Assembly (NCBI GenBank): GCA_903876665.1
Contig: CAIRAY010000093.1
Coordinates: forward strand, 5,685-37,684
Length of the DNA: 32,000 nucleotides
Source of the DNA: an uncultured Fibrobacterota bacterium
GTDB lineage: Bacteria; Fibrobacterota; Fibrobacteria; Fibrobacterales; Fibrobacteraceae
Reading direction: 5' to 3'
Shown here piece after piece: positions 17,044 through 24,976 of the stretch. The stretch's first letter is position 1. Every line of letters starts with the position of its first letter. The notes under the pieces were generated by a model that saw only the letters and a list, made by a program, of their open reading frames with translations, searched no databases and was not told the origin of the DNA. Position numbers and translations under genes: made by a program.

Positions 17044-17867
17044 ACCTTCTCCGCATCCGACAACGCCTGGCCAATTGCAGTCCGGACCATAGTCTCGATA
17101 CGATCCAGCACGACTTGGGTACGCAGGTCAACCGTTCCTCCGCCCGTGGATTCAATCCAGCAGCCACCACGGTCCACGCGCTCGTCCGATTCTAGGCGCA
17201 CAGATTTCAAGGAGGTGTTCAAAGGCTGCCAAACGGACTGGGATTCTTCCGCATACTTGACATCCAAAGGGTGCAAATGCAAAACCACGGATTCGGCCTG
17301 CCCCAAATGGGAGAAGGCTTCGTTAAGAACGATCGCAATGCGTTCCGGATGGGTTTCGGCTTCGATGCTGAAAAGTTTTTTGGCGATTCCCAGAGCCAGT
17401 TCCAACGATTCCGACTGAATATTGCGGACCCGTTCTCCGTAGGCGGCGTTGATGTTTTGGATGGATTTCGCAACTTCGGCCTGCAGTGCGGCGACTTGGG
17501 TGGCAAATTCTTTGGTGGCTTTGCTTTCGCCTTCTTTGCGACCGGCCACCAGGCCTTCTTCGCGGGCTTTGACCGCAGCGGATTCAGTCGTGCGCTTGGC
17601 CTCGGCTTTGCTGGCTTCAAGTGTCCGTTTGCTCTCCGAAATTTCCCGTTCCAGAACTTGAATGCGAACCAGGTTTTCGTCTTTGGCTTTCTGGATTTCG
17701 CGCCCGGGAACTTTGAATTCGGGAAGGTCAAAAGAATCCAGAGGAAGCCGTTGCAGATTCTGGGCAGCGGCCCCGCTGCGGACAATGCCTTTGAGCGCCA
17801 CTTTGCCCTCGGACTCCTGGGTAAGAGCCTGGAACATGGAGGATTGCTGGTCTTTCCCTGGAGCCAT
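17040..17867 (-). CDS. fliH: Flagellar assembly protein FliH
   Basis: It sits between fliG and fliI. It has a charged coiled-coil centre (E/K/A-rich) and a FliH-type C-terminal domain (VVLHLHPLD...GGCWIES..G.VDLR). GAGG lies 8 nt upstream of the ATG. Confidence 0.8.
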   Translation of the reverse strand: MAPGKDQQSSMFQALTQESEGKVALKGIVRSGAAAQNLQRLPLDSFDLPEFKVPGREIQKAKDENLVRIQVLEREISESKRTLEASKAEAKRTTESAAVKAREEGLVAGRKEGESKATKEFATQVAALQAEVAKSIQNINAAYGERVRNIQSESLELALGIAKKLFSIEAETHPERIAIVLNEAFSHLGQAESVVLHLHPLDVKYAEESQSVWQPLNTSLKSVRLESDERVDRGGCWIESTGGGTVDLRTQVVLDRIETMVRTAIGQALSDAEKV

Positions 17868-17879
17868 ATAAAGCCTCGC

Positions 17880-18941
17880 TTACACGATCACATCGTCTTC
17901 GCCACCACGACCCGAAATAATGATTTCGTTTTCGGATTCGAGACGACGGACAATGTCCACAATCTTCTGCTGGGCTTCTTCCACTTCGCGCAGGCGCTTG
18001 GGTCCCATGAAGGAGATTTCTTCCTTGATGATTTCCGAAGCGCGCGAGGACATGTTCGTGAAGAACTTGTTCTGCACCTGTTCGTTGGCCCCCTTGAGCG
18101 CAAGCGAAAGCTCCTTGGAATCGACTTCCTTGAGAACTTTCTGGATCGACTTGTCGTCGAGCAGGAGCATATCTTCGAACACGAACATGAGACTCTTGAT
18201 TTCTGTGGCGAGCTCGGGATCGTCCCGTTCGAGGGTTCCCAAAATATTCTTTTCGGCGCTGCGGTCGACCATGTTGAGCATTTCGGCCACGGACTTGACG
18301 CCGCCGACTTCGGCGGTATCGCCCGAGAAGAAGCTCTTCATGACCTGCGAAAGTTGTTGTTCCACCTGGACCAGGACATCCGGTGAAATGGATTCCATGG
18401 TGGCGATGCGCGTGGCGACTTCCACCTGCATTTCGGGGCTTAGCGCCGAAAGGGTTGCAGCGGCTTTGTCCGACTTCATGTGCGCAAGCAAAAGGGCAAC
18501 CGTCTGCGGATGTTCCTTTTGCAAAAATCCGATCAGCTGACTGGTTTCCACATTGTCAAGCATGTTGAAACCCGTGGTGCGAATGGTGCTGGTGACTTTT
18601 TCCAGGATTTCGCGGGCTTTACGAGGACCCATGGATGCTTCCAGAACTTCCTGGGCGTATTCGATTCCACCATGTGTCACGAATTCTTTGGCCATGGAAA
18701 GGCTCTGGAACTCAGTAAGAACATATTCACGCATTTCGGGAGTGACACCCTCGAGGCGGGCGATCTGGGCCGTGAGCATTTCAATTTCGTTTTCGGTCAG
18801 GTTCTTGAAGATGTTGGCACTGGCTTCCGCACCGAGCGCCACCATCAGAATGGCGGCCTTCTTGGGTCCGGGAATGTCGAACATGGGGGCACCGGGAGCT
18901 GCTCCCGAATCACCACCGCCCTTATAGAATTGTTTGGCCAT
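17880..18941 (-). CDS. fliG: Flagellar motor switch protein FliG
   Basis: Typical FliG sequence (KAAILMVALG.E.SA.IFK.L...EIE.L..., EVD.KEL..ALKGA....), a length of 353 aa, and operon position. Confidence 0.9.
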   Translation of the reverse strand: MAKQFYKGGGDSGAAPGAPMFDIPGPKKAAILMVALGAEASANIFKNLTENEIEMLTAQIARLEGVTPEMREYVLTEFQSLSMAKEFVTHGGIEYAQEVLEASMGPRKAREILEKVTSTIRTTGFNMLDNVETSQLIGFLQKEHPQTVALLLAHMKSDKAAATLSALSPEMQVEVATRIATMESISPDVLVQVEQQLSQVMKSFFSGDTAEVGGVKSVAEMLNMVDRSAEKNILGTLERDDPELATEIKSLMFVFEDMLLLDDKSIQKVLKEVDSKELSLALKGANEQVQNKFFTNMSSRASEIIKEEISFMGPKRLREVEEAQQKIVDIVRRLESENEIIISGRGGEDDVIV

Positions 18942-18944
18942 CTA

Positions 18945-20489
18945 CTATTTACCACTCTTGGCAGGTTTCTTTTCTTCACCCTGGGCTAGCCAGGAGCGTA
19001 GCAATTCCGCGACGACCAGAGGATTGGAAACGGTGTAATCCTCTAGCTTTTGCAGAAGCTCGTTATGGCGCTTGACCCGCTCGGGAACTTCCTGCTTTTC
19101 ATCTTCCAGGTTGATTCCGGCAAATTTGGGCACGGGCGGATTCATGGCTTCGATCATGCCCACCGCGACCTTGCGCAGGAACACGAAGGCCAGCAAAAGA
19201 ATCAGGACAATAGTTCCACGTAATGCCCAGGTTTCGTAGACTTCGCGTTGCTCCATTCCTTCCAAAGCCTGCATTTCGTCTTCCACGTCGGAGCGGTCAA
19301 ACTGCACGGAAGCAACGAAGACGTCGTCGTTGCGCTCGGTGGAGAAGCCAACCGCATTACGCACAAGCTGGTTTAGAACTTGAATTTCATCGGGGGAGCG
19401 TGGCTTGAAAATCTTTTTGCCATCGGAACCCTTTTCGTAGGAGCCATCGACGGCCACGGACACAGTGAGGCGTTTGGTGGTGCCTGGACTCGAGACAATT
19501 TGCGACATGGTCCGGTTGATTTCGTAGTTGGTTATCGAGCCTTCCTTGGTCTCGTTGCCCACGATTGGGCTGTTGGTCTTGCTGCCGTCGTCGCGTTGTT
19601 CGGAGCGCACGACTTTTTTGGAAGGATCGTAGGTTTCGACGGTTTTGTTGATCTGGTCGAAGTCGAGTTCGGCACTAACTTTGACGCGGGATTTATTGGG
19701 ACCGACTACGCCGTCCAGAATCATCATGATCTGGGCTTCCATGTTGGCTTCGACGCCACGCTTGAGTTCCTGGTTGTGATCGGTGGCTTCGGCAACCACA
19801 TTGTCGGCAAAGCCACGGGTGAGCATGCTTCCATGATCGTCAAGAATGGTGACTTGGCGGGCACGCAAGCCTTCTACCGCGCTGGCCACCAGGTGCTGGA
19901 TTCCTTTGATCTGGCGTTCCTTAAGGTCTTGGCCGGGACGTAATTTCAATATTACCGAAGCGGTCGCTTCCTCTTTCTTTTCCATGAAGATGGTTTGTTT
20001 GGGAATGCTGATATGCACGCGGGCACCCTCGATTTCGCGAAAGGTTTCGATGGAGCGCATGAGTTCGGTTTCGACCGCACGCCGGTAATTGAGGTTCTGG
20101 GTAAAGTCGGTCATGCCCAATTGGCTTTTGTCGAACAACTCGTAGCCCTTGCCTTGTTCCCGTGGAAGGCCTGCGCGTGCAAGGTTCATGCGAATTTCAT
20201 GAATCGATTCCTTGGCTACGAGAATGGATCGGCCATCGTTGTCGAGCTCATACTCGAACTTGCCTTCCTTGAGGAATCCGGTGATTTCGGCAGCATCGCT
20301 GAGTTCCAGGTTTGCAAACAAAGTGGCTTTGCCAGAATCGCCTCCGCCAAACCCTTGAATGGAAATCACCACGACCAGCGCAATGAAGGTAATGCCAAGG
20401 ACCGCAACGATCAATCCCTTCTGCAAAGGATTGAAACGAACCCAAATATCGCGGAACTGTGTGAGTAGTTGTTTAAAAAATTCTGACAT
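18945..20489 (-). CDS. fliF: Flagellar M-ring protein FliF
   Basis: An N-terminal TM (LIVAVLGITFIALVVVI), the YscJ/FliF periplasmic domains, a second TM near aa 440, and operon position. Confidence 0.9.
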   Translation of the reverse strand: MSEFFKQLLTQFRDIWVRFNPLQKGLIVAVLGITFIALVVVISIQGFGGGDSGKATLFANLELSDAAEITGFLKEGKFEYELDNDGRSILVAKESIHEIRMNLARAGLPREQGKGYELFDKSQLGMTDFTQNLNYRRAVETELMRSIETFREIEGARVHISIPKQTIFMEKKEEATASVILKLRPGQDLKERQIKGIQHLVASAVEGLRARQVTILDDHGSMLTRGFADNVVAEATDHNQELKRGVEANMEAQIMMILDGVVGPNKSRVKVSAELDFDQINKTVETYDPSKKVVRSEQRDDGSKTNSPIVGNETKEGSITNYEINRTMSQIVSSPGTTKRLTVSVAVDGSYEKGSDGKKIFKPRSPDEIQVLNQLVRNAVGFSTERNDDVFVASVQFDRSDVEDEMQALEGMEQREVYETWALRGTIVLILLLAFVFLRKVAVGMIEAMNPPVPKFAGINLEDEKQEVPERVKRHNELLQKLEDYTVSNPLVVAELLRSWLAQGEEKKPAKSGK

Positions 20490-20599
20490 AAGTTTCGACT
20501 CTCCGCATTAAGATAGTCACATTTGCGATGAAATGCCATATCTTGTTTAAAATCAACAAGTTAAGAGTAGCGAAATTTGTGCCGAAAGAAGGGAGGTAC

Positions 20600-20804
20600 A
20601 AGTGGAAAGTGAACAGCCCGGGTTGCGGATCGGTTGGCTAGTGGAATACACAGGGGTGTATAAGTTCCCGTATTCCGCCTGGGCGGAACGGTCACTATTA
20701 AGTGGAAAATTGCGAAATGTATTCTCTTTCAGGGAAATTTGCCCGCAATTTTCCGTTTTCCACTAGGGTGTCGTGCAGAGAATCTGGCTGTTCACTTTCC
20801 ACTT
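20600..20804. repeat. Nested perfect inverted repeats (205-bp palindromic element) in the fliE-fliF spacer
   Basis: Outer arms 20600-20618 and 20786-20804 pair over 19/19 bp. Middle arms 20638-20646 and 20758-20766 pair over 9/9 bp and share the same centre. An internal hairpin, 20704-20714/20744-20754, pairs over 11/11 bp. Small hairpins lie at 20646-20661 and 20673-20688. The AGTGGAA core occurs 5 times. Confidence 0.85.
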
Positions 20805-20808
20805 CTCC

Positions 20809-21117
20809 TTAGCTTCTCATCCGGATCAATTCGCTGTAGGCATCCATGGTTTTGTTGCGGATTTCGAGCATCAGGTTGAAGGCGACCTTGGCTTCTTCTA
20901 CGGCGAGCATGACCTGGTGGACGTCCTTGACTTCGCCGGCGACCATCTTCTGGATCGAAGTGTCAGCGGTCTTTTGCATTTGATTGACATCGGTCATGAA
21001 ACCCTTGAGCATGTCGTCGAATTTGGGAGCGCCCGCTTTCCCGGGAGAGGATATCTTGGGATCAAGCTCCGTGGGTCCTTGGGGAATTAGGCCTTTAATC
21101 ATTTCTAGTTCATTCAT
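20809..21117 (-). CDS. fliE: Flagellar hook-basal body complex protein FliE
   Basis: FDDMLKGFMTDVNQMQ....MVAGEV.DVHQVMLA.EEAKVAFNLMLEIRNK...AY.E..RM is a classic FliE sequence. A GAGGA RBS lies upstream. Confidence 0.85.
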   Translation of the reverse strand: MNELEMIKGLIPQGPTELDPKISSPGKAGAPKFDDMLKGFMTDVNQMQKTADTSIQKMVAGEVKDVHQVMLAVEEAKVAFNLMLEIRNKTMDAYSELIRMRS

Positions 21118-21133
21118 ATTCTTATCCTCGAAC

Positions 21134-21448
21134 TTAGGCGCGCATGTCGATCAAATTTCCGATTTTTCGGATGGGCATGCCGGTAGCGGCTTGGGCCCGT
21201 AGGGATTCCGCCCGGGACTGGTAGTCTCCTTGGGCAAACTTGGGTGCCATCGTTTGACTGGCCACGGCTTTGGCGGGGGCGGTCTGCTGCTGGGGTGCAA
21301 TTCCCATTTCCCGGCGTTTGGATTCAAGCAGAGCCTGCCAATCCGAAACCTGGGTAGACTTGGCTGGAGCGGCAGCCGCAGGTGTCTGCATCCGGGCTTG
21401 GGCGCTTTCGCGAAGTTTCATGAATTGTTGCAGTGCGACGGGATCCAT
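21134..21448 (-). CDS. Hypothetical Ala/Gln-rich protein (104 aa) inserted between flgC and fliE
   Basis: The ORF fills the gap exactly: its ATG is 1 nt after the flgC stop and its stop is 16 nt before the fliE ATG. It is on the same strand as the operon. No family was recognised and the sequence is low-complexity. Confidence 0.55.
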   Translation of the reverse strand: MDPVALQQFMKLRESAQARMQTPAAAAPAKSTQVSDWQALLESKRREMGIAPQQQTAPAKAVASQTMAPKFAQGDYQSRAESLRAQAATGMPIRKIGNLIDMRA

Positions 21449-21449
21449 A

Positions 21450-21962
21450 TTAGAGCTCCAGTGCCTTGGTGAGCATGGCTTTGGTGGAGTTGAATGCGGT
21501 CACATTGGCTTCATAAGCGCGGGACGCTGTGATCATGTCAACCATTTCTTCAATCACATTTACATTGGGCATGGCCACATAACCTTTTTCGTCGGCGTCG
21601 GGGTGGCTGGGGTCGTAGACCATGCGCAGGGGCGCGTCATCCTTCACGATTCCGGCAACCTTGACGCCCGAGCCAATGTTTTCCTGGGCTAGAGGCCACT
21701 CGGGCTGGGGAATGTTCATGTGTCCGTTCTGGGTTTTGCGTCCACCGATTTTATCTTGTTCCTTCACCAGGAACTGGTCAAATTCAACTGGATCCGCTTC
21801 GAGCTGGACTCGTTGACGGCGGTAAGGGCCACCTTCGGCGGTGCGGGTAGTTTCGGCATTGGCCAGGTTCGAAGAGATGACGTTCTGGCGAATGCGCTGA
21901 GCCCGTAAGCCCGAGGCGCTGATGTCTAAACCGGTAAAAAATCCAACAAGAGGCATAATCAT
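21450..21962 (-). CDS. flgC: Flagellar basal-body rod protein FlgC
   Basis: LDISASGLRAQRIRQNVISSNLANAETTRT and the C-terminal block ...ITASRAYEANV.A....K.M. The start is probably the second ATG at 21956, which has AAGGA 6 nt upstream. Confidence 0.9.
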   Translation of the reverse strand: MIMPLVGFFTGLDISASGLRAQRIRQNVISSNLANAETTRTAEGGPYRRQRVQLEADPVEFDQFLVKEQDKIGGRKTQNGHMNIPQPEWPLAQENIGSGVKVAGIVKDDAPLRMVYDPSHPDADEKGYVAMPNVNVIEEMVDMITASRAYEANVTAFNSTKAMLTKALEL

Positions 21963-21972
21963 TCCTTAGGTC

Positions 21973-22440
21973 TTAAGTGACCTTTCCCGCAGAAGTAATT
22001 TTTTCCAACTGACTGCGAATAAAGCGCGCATCAAAGCTATATGCGAGCTGGTTTTCAGCCAGTTTGGACATTTCCATATCAATATCGACATTGTTCACTT
22101 CGCCCGGCTTGGTGGGGTCTTCGGGACGGTAGGCAAAAGGCTTGAGCATATCCAATTCAGGTCGTCCTAAACGGATGTGGTTGGGATCGGTACGGTCGCC
22201 GGCCACTTGTTTCTTATCGAGAGCCTTGCGAAGCTGTTCTTCAAAATTGACTTCGATGCGCTGGAACCCAGGGGTAGTCACATTGGCCAAATTATCGGCA
22301 ATTGCCTTACCACGCAGAGTACCAGCGTCCAGCCCTTTGGCGGCTACCGGGATGCTCGTGTGGTCGAATATGGTCAGTTTTGCAAGCATAGACAGTCCTT
22401 CTAAAGACTGCTTTGCGAATTCCATGCCATAAGGGTTCAT
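21973..22440 (-). CDS. flgB: Flagellar basal-body rod protein FlgB
   Basis: LRGKAIADNLANVTTPGFQR matches the rod-protein N-terminal motif. The tracked start is a GTG at 22449. ATG 22440 is preceded by GAGGGAG. An alternative ATG at 22389, preceded by GAAGGA, gives a more typical 139 aa. Confidence 0.85.
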   Translation of the reverse strand: MNPYGMEFAKQSLEGLSMLAKLTIFDHTSIPVAAKGLDAGTLRGKAIADNLANVTTPGFQRIEVNFEEQLRKALDKKQVAGDRTDPNHIRLGRPELDMLKPFAYRPEDPTKPGEVNNVDIDMEMSKLAENQLAYSFDARFIRSQLEKITSAGKVT

Positions 22441-22512
22441 CTGCGTCACTCCCTCGCAAACGTTGGTCTAGTGCACTGTTTCGCATGAGCGACCCGCCTT
22501 CCTAGGGCCACG

Positions 22513-22582
22513 GGCAAAATTTGCTCCCGGTCACCCGGCAAAACCTGCCTAGCAGGCAAAACTTGCCGTGGCAATAACTTCC
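22513..22582. promoter_or_regulatory. Array of GGCA-N5-TGCC palindromes upstream of flgB
   Basis: The copies are ggcaaaatttgc (22513-22524), ggcaaaacctgc(c) (22537-22548), ggcaaaacttgc(c) (22555-22566) and a degenerate ggcaataacttcc (22570-22582). Confidence 0.35.
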
Positions 22583-22592
22583 CCTATTCAGA

Positions 22593-22619
22593 GTATCGGC
22601 ACCTGGGTCGAAAATCTTA
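22593..22619 (-). promoter_or_regulatory. Sigma-28 (FliA)-type promoter facing flgB
   Basis: The minus strand reads TAAGATTT-N11-GCCGATAC, against the textbook consensus TAAAGTTT-N11-GCCGATAA. The -35 element matches 6/8, the -10 element 7/8, and the spacing is exact. It lies about 150 nt upstream of the flgB ATG at 22440. Confidence 0.5.
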
Positions 22620-22651
22620 ACGAGGTTTTTTCATTTGGCTAACTTTGCGAG

Positions 22652-22912
22652 ATGCAAAAGAGCAAAAAGACCCAATCCGCAATTCTGGTGGCCAAAAACC
22701 TGTTTTCGGACCGCCTTCAGAAATATTTGGAGGAGGAGCATGGGGTCAGCATCGGAAAATTCGAGGCGGAAGAAATATTTGAAGAATCCTTCAAGACCAT
22801 TGCGCCCATCCTGTACAACCAGGCCCTTCTAGATGCCAAGGAGTTCTTTCAGGAGCGCTTCGCGGACTTGTCTGAAGATGTAATCCAGCTTGAGATATCC
22901 GCGGAGAAGTGA
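22652..22912 (+). CDS. DUF2164-like small protein
   Basis: IAPILYNQALLDAKEFFQERFADLSEDV matches the remembered DUF2164 core (IGP.vYNQav.DA..y.qer..DL). The protein is 86 aa. Confidence 0.7.
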   Translation: MQKSKKTQSAILVAKNLFSDRLQKYLEEEHGVSIGKFEAEEIFEESFKTIAPILYNQALLDAKEFFQERFADLSEDVIQLEISAEK

Positions 22913-22918
22913 TATAAT
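22890..22918 (+). promoter_or_regulatory. Sigma-70-like promoter for the LOG-family gene
   Basis: TTGAGA (22890-22895), a 17-nt spacer, then TATAAT (22913-22918). It lies 45 nt upstream of ATG 22964 and overlaps the 3' end of the DUF2164-like gene. Confidence 0.45.
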
Positions 22919-22963
22919 CTATGTTAAACTCAAGTACACTTGAGAAACTAGAGGATATTCACC

Positions 22964-23812
22964 ATGCATGAACCGATGACATCGTCGCCTCTCCTGGCCC
23001 ACGAAAATAAAGAATTTCTGAACTCGGCCCAAGGGCGGCAGGTCCGCATCCTTTCCGAATTCATCGCTCCCGATGTGAATTTCGAACGGGCCAAAGTCTA
23101 CCATACCATGGTGTTCTTCGGTTCGGCACGTATTCTGCCCCATGATGTGTTGAATGAAATGCGTGCATCGCTCAACCCCATGCGTGCCGAAGACGCACCC
23201 AAGCTTGCTCGTCTAGCTAAACTCGAGCCACTTTGTCGCTACTACGAGGACTCGAGGGAACTAGCCCGCAGGCTTAGTGTCTGGGGCAAGGCGCGCCCGG
23301 AGCGCTATTCCGTCTGTACCGGGGGTGGTCCAGGCATTATGGAAGCCGGCAATCGTGGTGCCTTCGATGCCAAGAGTCCCAACATCGGGCTCAACATCCA
23401 ACTCCCTTTTGAACAACACCCCAATCCGTATATCAGTCCCGAGCTGAATTTCCAATTCCGCTACTTCTTCATCCGCAAATTCTGGTTCCTCTTCAAGGCG
23501 CGCTGCCTGGTCGGATTCCCTGGCGGCTGGGGCACCCTGGACGAGCTCTTTGAAACCCTGACCCTCATGCAGACCGGCAAAATCGACAAGATGCCCGTCC
23601 TCATTTTCGGGACCGAGTATTGGAAGAGACTAATCAACTGGGAGCAGCTGATTGAAACGGGCATGATTGACGAAGCCGACATGAAGCTGTTCCATTTCAG
23701 CGACTCGGTGGACGATGCCTTCCAATGGCTGATTACCGAAATGGAGCGTATTGCGCCCACGGTGGAAGGGCGCAACGAAGTGTTGGGCCACTCCTTTGGG
23801 AGCATTCAGTAA
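22964..23812 (+). CDS. LOG-family / TIGR00730-type Rossmann protein (nucleotide 5'-monophosphate nucleosidase-like)
   Basis: GGGPGIMEAGNRGA and the signature GFPGGWGTLDELFE (PGGxGTxxE). Confidence 0.8.
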   Translation: MHEPMTSSPLLAHENKEFLNSAQGRQVRILSEFIAPDVNFERAKVYHTMVFFGSARILPHDVLNEMRASLNPMRAEDAPKLARLAKLEPLCRYYEDSRELARRLSVWGKARPERYSVCTGGGPGIMEAGNRGAFDAKSPNIGLNIQLPFEQHPNPYISPELNFQFRYFFIRKFWFLFKARCLVGFPGGWGTLDELFETLTLMQTGKIDKMPVLIFGTEYWKRLINWEQLIETGMIDEADMKLFHFSDSVDDAFQWLITEMERIAPTVEGRNEVLGHSFGSIQ

Positions 23813-23852
23813 CCCATGAGGGGATTTTTTGCTTAGAACCTTACTGTCTGAA

Positions 23853-24935
23853 ATGTTTGATCGTTTTTCCCGTAGGTTGACCCTCCGGGAACATTGCTCC
23901 CAAATGGAATACCAATATTGGATTGATCGCAATCCAACCTTTCTGCAACACGATTCCATCGAACGCATCAAGCTTGGCCGCAGGCTCAACATGGTCGGCA
24001 CCAACGATGTGTTTTTGGCCAGCAACTGGATCGAGCGGACTACCGGCGAGGCCCGCACTCCATCGCGCGAAATCGTGGTCAAAATCTGCAAGTACTGGGC
24101 TCCTGCGGGCAAAGGCCGCCATCATCGCCTCAATATGATTCTTGCGGCTTTCCAAGACGAAATCCGCATTAACAACCTGGTGCGCGCCACCAACATCGAA
24201 GGCGTAGTGCAGAGCTTTGGCGGGGGCCAGGCTGGTCGTTACCCCTTCCTCAAAATGGAATACATCAAGGGCGTTCCTCTCGACAAAACCTTCCGCACCG
24301 ACATCGATGAGACCGAGCTGATTGGGCGCATGGCCAAGCTTGCGTACCTAGCCAACAGCATTAGCCAGCTCCATTACTATGAAGTGGTGCACAAGGATCT
24401 CAAACCCAAAAATCTTTTGCTGAGTCAAGACGAAGCGCACCACAATAACCATAAGATTCTGATCTGCGACTTTGGTTTCGCCCAGGCCAAGATCCGCGAA
24501 AGCGTGACGGAATACGGTGGCCAGATGAGCCCTGGCTATTCCGCTCCAGAGCAGGCGGTTCAAGGCGGAGAAACATTGGGTGCCATGGTGGATTATTTCT
24601 CTTTTGGCGTCATTATGCATGAGTATTTGACTGGCTACAACTTGTTTCCTCAGTCCATGCAAATATTTCTTGAGGATAATTATCGCATTACGGATCGTTA
24701 CCTGAACCACTTGCGCGATGGTCGCGTGAACCGCTTTGCCCATCCCAAATGGGGTGCCGAAATTTGTGGGTGGATTAATGCCCTCACGACTTATGATTCC
24801 AATGACCGTCGTCAAAAGTGCCCCGACCTGTTCCATATTGCGCACCGCTTGCGTGAGCTGGTGAACGAGACCGGATTCCGCGATATCAATACGGACTTTT
24901 TGTGGAATCAATTGAAGGAATACGGCAAGGCTTAA
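23853..24935 (+). CDS. Soluble Hanks-type (ePK-fold) kinase, non-RD
   Basis: Catalytic loop VHKDLKPKNLLL, DFGFAQ, SAPEQ, and VVKICK (candidate VAIK-type lysine). The Gly-rich loop is degenerate. There is no TM segment or signal peptide. The tracked start at 23829 is a TTG; the first ATG is at 23853. Confidence 0.8.
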   Translation: MFDRFSRRLTLREHCSQMEYQYWIDRNPTFLQHDSIERIKLGRRLNMVGTNDVFLASNWIERTTGEARTPSREIVVKICKYWAPAGKGRHHRLNMILAAFQDEIRINNLVRATNIEGVVQSFGGGQAGRYPFLKMEYIKGVPLDKTFRTDIDETELIGRMAKLAYLANSISQLHYYEVVHKDLKPKNLLLSQDEAHHNNHKILICDFGFAQAKIRESVTEYGGQMSPGYSAPEQAVQGGETLGAMVDYFSFGVIMHEYLTGYNLFPQSMQIFLEDNYRITDRYLNHLRDGRVNRFAHPKWGAEICGWINALTTYDSNDRRQKCPDLFHIAHRLRELVNETGFRDINTDFLWNQLKEYGKA

Positions 24936-24976
24936 GGTTTCCGTATTATTCAATCATTCTGTCATAAAGGCTTTTC

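Noticed and set aside
20523-20538. A sigma-54-like element upstream of fliF; the minus strand reads TGGCAT-TTCAT-CGCAA.
   Set aside because: The GG-to-GC spacing is 9 nt rather than the obligatory 10, and the -12 element is CGCA rather than TTGC, so the match is too weak to call.
22513-22566. The GGCA...TGC repeats upstream of flgB read as sigma-54 -24/-12 promoters.
   Set aside because: The GG-to-GC spacing is only 8 nt in all copies and the elements are dyad-symmetric. They are better explained as protein-binding palindromes.
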